Positions 54,114-62,700 of a DNA stretch of 64,000 nucleotides are shown in pieces. A program made the translations under genes and the position numbers. The stretch's first letter is position 1. Every line of letters begins with the position of its first letter. The notes beneath the pieces were generated by a model. That model did no database searches. It was not told the origin of the DNA and saw only the letters and a list, made by a program, of their open reading frames with translations. Source of the DNA: an uncultured Alphaproteobacteria bacterium (lineage in GTDB: Bacteria; Pseudomonadota; Alphaproteobacteria; Rs-D84); NCBI GenBank assembly GCA_944389515.1, contig CALXMQ010000001.1, forward strand, positions 7,079 to 71,078, written 5' to 3'.

Positions 54114-55918
54114 AAAATTCATCTGTACCGTATGGGTTGTCAACAAAACTGGCAGTTATTGATTTATATGAAATGGAGTATTCTATTGATGGCCGTCCAC
54201 GCATATCGATTGTGTAGTTATTATATATTATGGCGCCGTTATTTGCACGCCCAATGGGCAATCGCAAATTCATTTCGCCACCAACGATTGTGTCTGGAAC
54301 AGAAATTCCAAATGTCCAGTTACCGATTGTTGCATCAACCCCAAGCGAGGCTGTATATATGTTTGAAAAATTGTTTATCAGTGAATTTTTTGTGATACGT
54401 GGTGTGCCAAATGTAACACGGGCGTTTTGTGATAATGTTACACGTCCAATATCAAATTCGTTTGACATACCAATAAATCCAAACCAATCTGGGCCGGCGG
54501 TGTCCATAAAACTGTCACCCAGTTCCAGGTCTGTTTCTGTCAAACCCATTTTTATATTTCCAAATTTTGCAATATTTATATCGTCTGGGGCGCGCAATCT
54601 GTGAAATCCTTGTCCGGGATTTTTAACAGAAATTATGTTTGAAATATCAGTGTTAAATGCGCGACCGTATTTATCAAAGTATGCGAATTGTGGATTCGCG
54701 TTTTTTATATTGTGTGCGATTACACCAGAAACCCGTGCAGGTTGTAATGTTTGCCATGTTCCGTTTTCTAATGGAACCAATGGTGCGCCAACTGGTCTGG
54801 TTGCGCGTTCCAAATCCAACATGCCATGACCATATATTGCATCAACGCCGGGGGTGCCTAAATCACGGGCGGTTTCAAATAATAGTTCTGTGATTTCACT
54901 GGCCTGCATGTATGGGAACGCTTCGCGAATTACCGCCAGTGCCGCTGATACAATCGGTGCAGCAAAACTGGTGCCGGTGGCAATAGATTTGCCGGTATCT
55001 AAATTTGTGCCTGGGGCTGTTATGCACCAGTCGCTGGTTATGCCGCATGCATTACTGTAATCGGCCAAAGATTGCGTTTCACTGTCCCATGCGACGACGT
55101 TTATAAAATGTCCATGTAATTCTGGCATAACAACAGGTAATGCAGATAATGCGCTGCTTTGTGAACTGGAATCATTACCAGCCGCCCATACGAATATCGC
55201 GTCACGTTCAACAGCGTTTGATAACTGGTTTACAAAATTTTCATCAGTCAGATTTATCAGTTGTTGGCGCGAGTGTAATTCTGTGGCGCGCATAGGGACA
55301 GACCAACTGGCGTTATAAATGTTCGCGTCGCTGGCACTGGCGATTGTGTCGCCGATTTCTGAATATGGAATAAAATCCATATTGTATGCAATTTTGTATG
55401 ATGTTACGGTGGCGTTTGGGGCAATGGGGCCACTGGCAATCGCGGCAACGGCACTGCCGTGCCATGAATCTAATCCGGCATCTAATATTGCAATATTTGT
55501 TGTGCGGCCAGTATATCCACGTGCAATAGAATACGCCAATCTTATATCATTATATTGATTAAAGTTTTGTGCGTATTCGTCTGTATTGGTGGCATTTGCC
55601 AGTTGTATTGATTCAACGTCACCACCAACCATGTTGTATGATGGCAATGTTGGTTGGACGTATGTTGGAACATCTTGGGGGGGTGGCGGATGTGGTGCTG
55701 GTTGATAATCCAATCAGTGCCAATGCACCACCCAATACGGTTGCGCTGGATAATAATGGAATTGTTGCGGCGCCTAAAAAAGATGCACATTTATCTGGGT
55801 TGTTTTTGCGGTATTCAGAATTGGTGCAATCATATGCCGTGGTGGGCGTGATTTGCAGTGCCATCACGGATGGTATACAGGTAAATATACATAAAATAGA
55901 TACCAGTACTTGTTTCAT
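54082..55918 (-). CDS. S8 (subtilisin-family) serine protease autotransporter, interrupted by a frameshift in a C7 tract
   Basis: ORF 55918-55619 supplies the signal peptide (MKQVLVSILCIFTCIPSVMA). ORF 55713-54082 supplies the catalytic triad (ILDAGLD, HGSAVAAIA, GTSFAAPIV) and a C-terminal beta-domain ending RIAF. The two frames overlap across CCCCCCC (55683-55677); removing one C joins them. Confidence 0.75.
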
Positions 55919-56152
55919 TTTTGTCTATTACATATTAAATACATAAAATGTTTTTGTCAAGTTTTTGTGTAGGAATTTATTATGTGTGAAAATGGCAATT
56001 TTTGCTTGATTTTTGTACAGAATTATTCTAATATTCGGCTACACGTTTTTACGTGAAGAACACAGTCATTTGGTTAAAAGTTTCTGTCCGGGTACTAAAA
56101 TTCGGTTTTTTACCAATGACGAGGATAACAACAGAAAACAAAGGATATAAAA

Positions 56153-57010
56153 ATGGCATTGCCAACATTTTCTATGAAACAGTTGATGGAATCTGGTGTG
56201 CATTTTGGGCACCATACACGTCGCTGGAACCCGTTGATGACACCATATGTTTATGGGGTTAAAGATAAAATTCATATTATCAATTTGAATAAAACAGCAC
56301 CATTGTTGCATCGCGCCTTGGTTGCATTAGAAGCAATCGCAGCGGCGGGTGGTAAAATCTTGTTCGTCGCAACCAAGCACCAGGCCAAAGATATTGTTAA
56401 AGATGCAGCAGAACGTTGTGGACAATTTTATGTGAATAACCGCTGGTTGGGTGGTATGTTGACAAACTGGACAACGGTTTCACAATCAATTCGTCGTCTG
56501 AAAAAAATGGAATCTGATATTGAAAACGCCGAAAAATTAGGACTGACAAAAAAAGAAGTCGGCGTTATGACCAAAGAAGTTGCAAAATTACGCGACATAT
56601 TTGGTGGTATATTGGAAATGCATGGTACACCCCAGGCGATGATTGTTATTGATGTACCGCGTGAAATCAATGCTGTGCGTGAAGCAAAAATTTTGGATAT
56701 CCCAACAATCGCGATTTGCGATACAAATGCAAATCCGGAAATGGTGGATTATCCTGTGCCGGGTAATGATGATGCGGCACGTGCAATCCAATTATATTGC
56801 GATTTGTTCGTAGACGCGATTTTGTCTGGTATTGAAAAACGCTTGGGCGGTGCGGCCGGTAAAAAGGTTGAATCTGATATGTCTGATGTCGCCGATGATT
56901 TCGAAGCAGATATCAAAGATAAAGAAGCACAACAAAAATCCAAAATGTCCGAAGCACGTGCAGAACGTCGTGGAAAACTGATGGAAAAAGCGGAAAAAGC
57001 AGATAAATAA
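56153..57010 (+). CDS. rpsB: 30S ribosomal protein S2
   Basis: MKQLMESGVHFGHHTRRWNPLMTPYVYG is canonical S2, with an acidic/Lys-rich C-terminal tail. Confidence 0.95.
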   Translation: MALPTFSMKQLMESGVHFGHHTRRWNPLMTPYVYGVKDKIHIINLNKTAPLLHRALVALEAIAAAGGKILFVATKHQAKDIVKDAAERCGQFYVNNRWLGGMLTNWTTVSQSIRRLKKMESDIENAEKLGLTKKEVGVMTKEVAKLRDIFGGILEMHGTPQAMIVIDVPREINAVREAKILDIPTIAICDTNANPEMVDYPVPGNDDAARAIQLYCDLFVDAILSGIEKRLGGAAGKKVESDMSDVADDFEADIKDKEAQQKSKMSEARAERRGKLMEKAEKADK

Positions 57011-57085
57011 TATCTGGGGATATAAATCGGTATTCGGGGTTATACCCGAATACCAAATTCAAATAATAATTTAATGGGGGAAAAA

Positions 57086-57955
57086 ATGGCAGAAGTTACC
57101 GCAAAATTGATTCAAGAACTGCGCGAAAAAACGTCCGCGGGGATGATGGATTGTAAAAAAGCGTTGGTTGAAAATAATGGTGATATCGAAGCGGCGGCCG
57201 ACTGGTTGCGTCAAAAAGGTATTGTCAAGGCGGCATCCAAGGCTGGGCGTGTTGCGGCGTCTGGGTTGGTTACTGTTGTTAAATGCGACAACATGGGATG
57301 CGTCGTCGAAGTAAATGCAGAAACAGATTTCGTTGCCAAAAATGATAAATTCCAGAAATTGGTATCTGATATCGCGACCAAGGCGGCAGAATTACAGGGT
57401 GATTTCGATGCGACAATGAACGCAGTCAAAGACGATATTGCTGCAACGATTTCTACTATTGGTGAAAATATGAATTTGCGCCGTATTGCCAAGGTAACAG
57501 GTGATCATATTTATACCTATATTCACAATGCATTGGTACCAGGTATGGGGCAAATTGGTGTTGTTGTCGCAATCAATGGTGATTCTGACAAAATTGATGA
57601 AATTGGTAATAAAGTTGCAATGCATATTGCCGCGAATAAACCTGAATTTATGACAATCGCAGACGTTGATCCTGCGGCGGTTGAACGTGAAAAAAAGGTC
57701 TTTATTGAATCTGGGGCAACAGCTGGGAAACCAGAACAAGTTGTTGAAAAAATGGTTCAAGGCCGCATTCACAAATATTATGCAGAAACAGTACTGGAAG
57801 AACAGCCGTTCGTCATGGATCCGTCCAAGACTGTTAAACAGGTTGTCGAAGAAGCTGGTGGTAAACTGGCTGGGTTTGCGTATTTTGTTCTGGGCGAAGG
57901 TATCCAGAAACGTGAAGACAATCTGGCCGATGAAGTTGCAAAAATGTTGTCATAA
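57086..57955 (+). CDS. tsf: Elongation factor Ts
   Basis: Start at MAEVTAKLIQELREKTSAGMMDCKKALVENNGDIEAAADWLRQKG (GGGGGA RBS). Canonical EF-Ts directly after rpsB. Confidence 0.95.
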   Translation: MAEVTAKLIQELREKTSAGMMDCKKALVENNGDIEAAADWLRQKGIVKAASKAGRVAASGLVTVVKCDNMGCVVEVNAETDFVAKNDKFQKLVSDIATKAAELQGDFDATMNAVKDDIAATISTIGENMNLRRIAKVTGDHIYTYIHNALVPGMGQIGVVVAINGDSDKIDEIGNKVAMHIAANKPEFMTIADVDPAAVEREKKVFIESGATAGKPEQVVEKMVQGRIHKYYAETVLEEQPFVMDPSKTVKQVVEEAGGKLAGFAYFVLGEGIQKREDNLADEVAKMLS

Positions 57956-57976
57956 TGGGCATTTTTGCGTACCGAT

Positions 57977-58005
57977 AAAAATCCGGCCAATGTGCCGGAT
58001 TTTTT
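57977..58005 (+). terminator. Intrinsic terminator of rpsB-tsf
   Basis: ATCCGGC-caatgt-GCCGGAT followed by T5. Confidence 0.75.
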
Positions 58006-58086
58006 ATATATGATATTATATGGCATTATTTTATGGAAAATCGGTATATATAATGGTATTTTTTTATAAGTAAGGGGTTTTGCGTA

Positions 58087-58479
58087 ATGAGAAAATATGT
58101 GGTTGATAATATATATGATAATGGGGCATATGCATCTGTTGTTATGCGCAGTAACAGCACTTTTCGTAAACAGTTATTTACGTCAGATTTTGTTGATGGT
58201 ATGAAGATTGGCGATAAATTGTTGGGATTGGGTAATGATGATAATTTAATGCCTGTGGCGTGGGTATATCGCAATCGTTTGCATTTGGTCATAGAACCAA
58301 TCAGTGATTACAGAATTCATAACTTTGTCACAGAACAATTTAGTTTGGCAGATGGTATGTATTTTCGATACGCGTTGATGCGTACATTATCGGCACGTGG
58401 AATTGCGCCAACTGTGTCTGTAACAAATAATTTACGTATGTTTTTGAATAATAAACAGAATACCAGAAATGGACGGTAA
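58087..58479 (+). CDS. Hypothetical protein
   Basis: 130-aa ORF with no signal peptide and no recognisable family. Coding status rests only on ORF length and position between terminators. Confidence 0.5.
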   Translation: MRKYVVDNIYDNGAYASVVMRSNSTFRKQLFTSDFVDGMKIGDKLLGLGNDDNLMPVAWVYRNRLHLVIEPISDYRIHNFVTEQFSLADGMYFRYALMRTLSARGIAPTVSVTNNLRMFLNNKQNTRNGR

Positions 58480-58499
58480 TAATCATAAGTGGTGAAAAT

Positions 58500-59714
58500 A
58501 TGCAAAACGAATTATTAAAAGAGTTAGATGCACGTGGTTTTATAAATCAATCATCAAATTTAGATGGGTTAAATGATGCATTAAATGCTGGGCGTGTTGT
58601 TGGTTATTGGGGGACTGACCCAACTGGGGATTCTTTGCATGTGGGGCATTTGGCGTCGTTGATGTTGATGCGGTGGTTTCAAAAATATGGGCACAAGCCA
58701 ATTTTATTGGTTGGTGGGGCAACTGGGCGTGTTGGTGACCCATCTGGACGTGATAAAGGGCGCCCCATGTTGACTGATGTTCAGATTGAACATAATTGCG
58801 CAGGGTTACGTAAATCTATTTCTAAATTTATTAAATTTGGCGATGGGGCGACAGATGCCATAATGGTTGATAATTATGATTGGATGAAGGGCTACAGCCA
58901 TATGGAATTTTTGCGTGAATATGGTACAGATTTCACGGTGCCGCGCATGTTGTCAATGGAAAGTGTGCGCAGACGTTTGGAAAATGGTATGACGTTTTTG
59001 GAATTTAATTATATGACTTTCCAGGCGGTAGATTTTTTAACACTGAATAAAAAATATAATTGCACATTACAATTTTGTGGCGCGGATCAATGGGGCAACA
59101 GTGTTATGGGTGTTGAATTGGTGCGAAAAAAATTAGGGCGTGAAGTATTTGTGTTATCAACTGCGTTGATTACGGATTCGCGTGGTGAAAAAATTGGTAA
59201 ATCTGCTGGAAATGCCGTGTGGGTAAACGAAGATAAAACAACACCATATGAATATTATCAGTATTTTAGAAATACCCCAGATGACTTAGTGGAAAAATTT
59301 TTGAAAATATTTACAGAAATTCCATTGGATGAAATTGCGCGTTTGTCGAAATTACAGGGTGCGGAATTAAATTCTGCGAAACGTATCTTGGCATTTGCGG
59401 CAACAGAAATTGCGCATGGTCATGCGGCGGCAGTGGCGGCAGAAAGTGCGGCCGATGCATTGTTCGCTGGTGGGGCAAACGCAGAAAATGTTCCGTCGGT
59501 GGAAATTGAAATGACTGACAAAATGGGGGTGTTGGATTTCTTGGTTTTGATAAAATTATTTCCATCAAAATCCGAAGCGCGTCGTATGGTTGAACAGGGT
59601 GGGGTTCAGATTGATGGTGACAAGGTAACTGATTGGAAATCTGTGGTTGTGCCACGCGATGAAATCATGGTGCAAAAGGGTAAAAAAGTATTTCTAAAAG
59701 TTATTTGTAAATGA
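58500..59714 (+). CDS. tyrS: Tyrosine--tRNA ligase
   Basis: HIGH motif (SLHVGHL), KMSKS-like KIGKSAGN and a C-terminal S4-like domain (SKSEARRMVEQGGVQIDG). Confidence 0.95.
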   Translation: MQNELLKELDARGFINQSSNLDGLNDALNAGRVVGYWGTDPTGDSLHVGHLASLMLMRWFQKYGHKPILLVGGATGRVGDPSGRDKGRPMLTDVQIEHNCAGLRKSISKFIKFGDGATDAIMVDNYDWMKGYSHMEFLREYGTDFTVPRMLSMESVRRRLENGMTFLEFNYMTFQAVDFLTLNKKYNCTLQFCGADQWGNSVMGVELVRKKLGREVFVLSTALITDSRGEKIGKSAGNAVWVNEDKTTPYEYYQYFRNTPDDLVEKFLKIFTEIPLDEIARLSKLQGAELNSAKRILAFAATEIAHGHAAAVAAESAADALFAGGANAENVPSVEIEMTDKMGVLDFLVLIKLFPSKSEARRMVEQGGVQIDGDKVTDWKSVVVPRDEIMVQKGKKVFLKVICK

Positions 59715-59715
59715 T

Positions 59716-59745
59716 AAAAACCGGGTCACAAATGACCCGGTTTTT
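59716..59745 (+). terminator. Intrinsic terminator of tyrS
   Basis: CCGGGTCA-caaa-TGACCCGG followed by T5. Confidence 0.8.
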
Positions 59746-59795
59746 ATTGTTGATGGGTTTGCAATTTGTCATGTTTTTGTTAAAATATATTGGAA

Positions 59796-60875
59796 ATGAA
59801 AAAAATATTTGCGCTTTTGCTGGTGGGATGTGTATTTGTTACCCAACCTGGGGTTTGTGCCAGTGAATTGGCCAATATTCAGGCGCAGATAAAAAAAACA
59901 GAACAGCAAAATAAAAAACTGGACCAACAGGTAAAATCATCCCAGCGTGAAATTGAATCAACAAAAAAACAGTTGGTCAAAGCGGCAGATAAAGTTAGCA
60001 CATTAGAAGAGCAACGCAGTGCGGTTGCAAAAAAAATTCAAGAATTGGATTCACAACGCGATAAATTAGAGGCGGAATTACAGAAAAACCGGGAACGAAT
60101 TGCCGATGCTGCGGCAACTATTTTATTCGTTGCATCGCACCCCAGTTTTGATTCTGAAAATATGCGCGATTACGTTTTGACGTCGGCGATATTATCTGGT
60201 GCCGCGGACAGTTTTGATTCCGAGATTAAAACAGCCACAGAACAAATTCGCGAATTGGGAGAAATTCGTAAAGAACGTGCCGTCGAAAAAGAAAAGTTAG
60301 ACAGAACTGCAAAGCGTTATGCAGATGAAAAAAATGAATTAGATAAGTTGTTGCGAACGCGATCTGCACAAAATCAAAAGTTGCGTACACAACAATCAGC
60401 ATTACAGAAAAAATTGCGTGATTTGTCGGCGCGCGCGAAAACAATATCTGAATTATCAGCCGGCGTGGGGAGTACGGAAATGTCAGGGGATTCGCGTTTT
60501 TCTATTCGCAAATTGAACAAGCCTGTGCGTGGGCGTGTCGTTGTGCATTTTGGTGAAAAAACAGCGTTGGGGTTAAAATCAGATGGGTGGCGTATACGTG
60601 TACGGGGCAGTGCATTAGTTATGGCACCAGCAGATGGAACTGTAAAATTTGCCGACAAATTCAAAGGATTTGGCCAGGTTGTAATTATGTCACATAAAAA
60701 TGGATATAATACAGTGATGACTAATCTGGGCGAAATCAATGTTATGTTGGGACAAGAAGTGTTGGCTGGTGAACCAATCGGTCGTATGGATTCTGATAAG
60801 CCTGAGATGTATTTAGAGGTGCGGCGTGGCGACAAGGCGGTTGATCCGGCACGTTTGTTCCGCGAAGAAGATTGA
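59796..60875 (+). CDS. EnvC-like coiled-coil / M23 (LytM) peptidase-domain protein
   Basis: Start at MKKIFALLLVGCVFV. A long coiled-coil (QQNKKLDQQVKSSQREIESTKKQL...) is followed by a C-terminal LytM domain (GWRIRVRGSALVMAPADGTVKFAD...GYNTVMTNLG). Confidence 0.85.
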   Translation: MKKIFALLLVGCVFVTQPGVCASELANIQAQIKKTEQQNKKLDQQVKSSQREIESTKKQLVKAADKVSTLEEQRSAVAKKIQELDSQRDKLEAELQKNRERIADAAATILFVASHPSFDSENMRDYVLTSAILSGAADSFDSEIKTATEQIRELGEIRKERAVEKEKLDRTAKRYADEKNELDKLLRTRSAQNQKLRTQQSALQKKLRDLSARAKTISELSAGVGSTEMSGDSRFSIRKLNKPVRGRVVVHFGEKTALGLKSDGWRIRVRGSALVMAPADGTVKFADKFKGFGQVVIMSHKNGYNTVMTNLGEINVMLGQEVLAGEPIGRMDSDKPEMYLEVRRGDKAVDPARLFREED

Positions 60876-60877
60876 TA

Positions 60878-61807
60878 TTATTTAGAAAATTGATTTTCCA
60901 GATTTATAAAGTTTTGCATCATACGGCGCATAAAGAAAATTTTTTCCATATTGTTATCTGCACTTTTTTGATTTATTGGATTTTTGCGTAAATCGTCGGC
61001 TGCTTTGATAAAACGGCGTAACCAAACAACCATGATTCTGTATTTCATAATTTCGCGCAGATTTTCGTTCTTTATTCCCGGCATTGTGTACAGGTTTTTA
61101 TTATGTAATGTACAGTATGTTTCATATACACGTTTGTATATATCTAGTTCGATTTGTAATGGTGCAAATATGTCACGATAAATGAATTTATAATCCGTTT
61201 CAGCGAAATCGATAAATGATATGCGGCTGGTTTTGGGGTCGTATAAAACATTGCCAGAATTTATGTCAGCGTGTGACCATGCCAGACGGGTTTCGTATTC
61301 AAATGTTCCAATTATATCACGCAATTTTGCCATTTGGGTTACTTCGGCCCGGGTAAACCATGTTGACATTTTGTTTTCTATGAAATTGTCTAAACGGCTA
61401 AATTTTAATTCGTAACGTATTTGGTGCGTTTGAATTTTACCAATCGGTTTTAATTCGTTCATATCAACCAAGAAACTGGCGATACTGTTTATAATTTCAA
61501 ACTGTTGCCGTTTTGACAGATTATTATATAAATCTGGGGTCAATGGTGTGCCGGGGGCGCGTTCTTCCAGAATTTGAAATTCATCGTCATTGATGTATTT
61601 CATTGCAGGTACGTTATACAGTGGATTTTTTATCGCACGAATATCGTCAATAATTTGTTTGGTTTTATGTTGCTTGTTCAACCATGCTTGCTTTGATGAA
61701 TCATTAAAAGTTGGTAATGGACGTTTTAACACAAATTCATCGCCGTAATAGACAGCGTAAGTTTCACGACCATGATTTTTAAGATTCTTTATATTGCTGT
61801 CTGCCAT
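60878..61807 (-). CDS. APH/choline-kinase-family phosphotransferase
   Basis: 309 aa. Catalytic loop WSHADINSGNVL (HxDxxxxN) and metal-binding ISFIDFAE (DFx). Lies 3 nt downstream of the Fic-domain gene. Confidence 0.75.
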   Translation of the reverse strand: MADSNIKNLKNHGRETYAVYYGDEFVLKRPLPTFNDSSKQAWLNKQHKTKQIIDDIRAIKNPLYNVPAMKYINDDEFQILEERAPGTPLTPDLYNNLSKRQQFEIINSIASFLVDMNELKPIGKIQTHQIRYELKFSRLDNFIENKMSTWFTRAEVTQMAKLRDIIGTFEYETRLAWSHADINSGNVLYDPKTSRISFIDFAETDYKFIYRDIFAPLQIELDIYKRVYETYCTLHNKNLYTMPGIKNENLREIMKYRIMVVWLRRFIKAADDLRKNPINQKSADNNMEKIFFMRRMMQNFINLENQFSK

Positions 61808-61810
61808 TTT

Positions 61811-62536
61811 TTACAACATTTTTGATTTGGTCAACAGTTTGATTATTTCGCGTTGTGTACGCAGCATGCATGCACCCATGTATGAATAATAGTCTTTGGA
61901 ATTGCCGTTCGCAAAAGCAGTAATTGCGGCCTTGTATTTCTGTTTATCGGTTGGATGATTGAACACAATCGGACGATATCCGCCATGAATTAAAACCCAG
62001 TTCATAATCAGACGGGCAGTACGCTTGTTAAAATCGTCAAATGGTTGCAGCATTATTAAATCGTAATGTACGTTAAATGCACGATTTAATGTGCATGATT
62101 CTGTATTATGCAGTTTGAATACGATGTCGTTCATTTTTGATAATATTTGTGATGAATCAGGCGCATGAACCCGTTGGCCATTTACGCTTATTTCAATAAT
62201 TTTGGGCGTTGTACGAAATAAGCCACCTTGGATATGTGTATTGGTGCATAATATACTGTGAATTTTGCAAATTTCGGTTATATCTATATCTTTTTTGGGG
62301 TTGTTGATGATGTAATCATATGCTTCGCCCAGATTTTTCATAGAATTATAATCCAGATATGGTTGCTGGTCTTTGTTGGGAACGTAAAATAGTGTACGTG
62401 GTTCTGTATAAGAAATTTCATGCCGTAACCAATTCAAATTATTCAAACGTTTGACAGTATCGGCACCCGATAACATTTTTGTTATCGTTTCACGATTTTG
62501 GTCAACCTGTTTTTTATATTTTTGGGTCTTGGTCAT
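61811..62536 (-). CDS. Fic-domain protein with a degenerate active-site motif
   Basis: 241 aa with a Fic-fold pattern (GGLFRTTP...V....HAP). The motif position reads LQPFDDFNKRTARLI where the canonical sequence is HPFxDGNGRxxR (His to Gln, Gly to Phe). Confidence 0.8.
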   Translation of the reverse strand: MTKTQKYKKQVDQNRETITKMLSGADTVKRLNNLNWLRHEISYTEPRTLFYVPNKDQQPYLDYNSMKNLGEAYDYIINNPKKDIDITEICKIHSILCTNTHIQGGLFRTTPKIIEISVNGQRVHAPDSSQILSKMNDIVFKLHNTESCTLNRAFNVHYDLIMLQPFDDFNKRTARLIMNWVLIHGGYRPIVFNHPTDKQKYKAAITAFANGNSKDYYSYMGACMLRTQREIIKLLTKSKML

Positions 62537-62700
62537 CGGTGTTACCTGCTTATTCTTACTTTATAAATATAACCCTTAAATCAAATTTGTCAATATTTTT
62601 TGATAAATTTATGTTTTATGTGTAAAAGGGGCTTGCGGGGCGCATTATTTTGTTTTATGCTTGTTTTAATGTTTTTAATATTGTGACGAAAGGAATTGTA

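Noticed and set aside
62583-62610. Imperfect 28-bp palindrome AAATTTGTCAATATTTTTTGATAAATTT in the Fic/ctpA divergent intergenic region as a possible operator
   Set aside because: It is almost pure A/T, and imperfect palindromes of this kind are frequent in AT-rich spacers. There is no second copy or supporting context.
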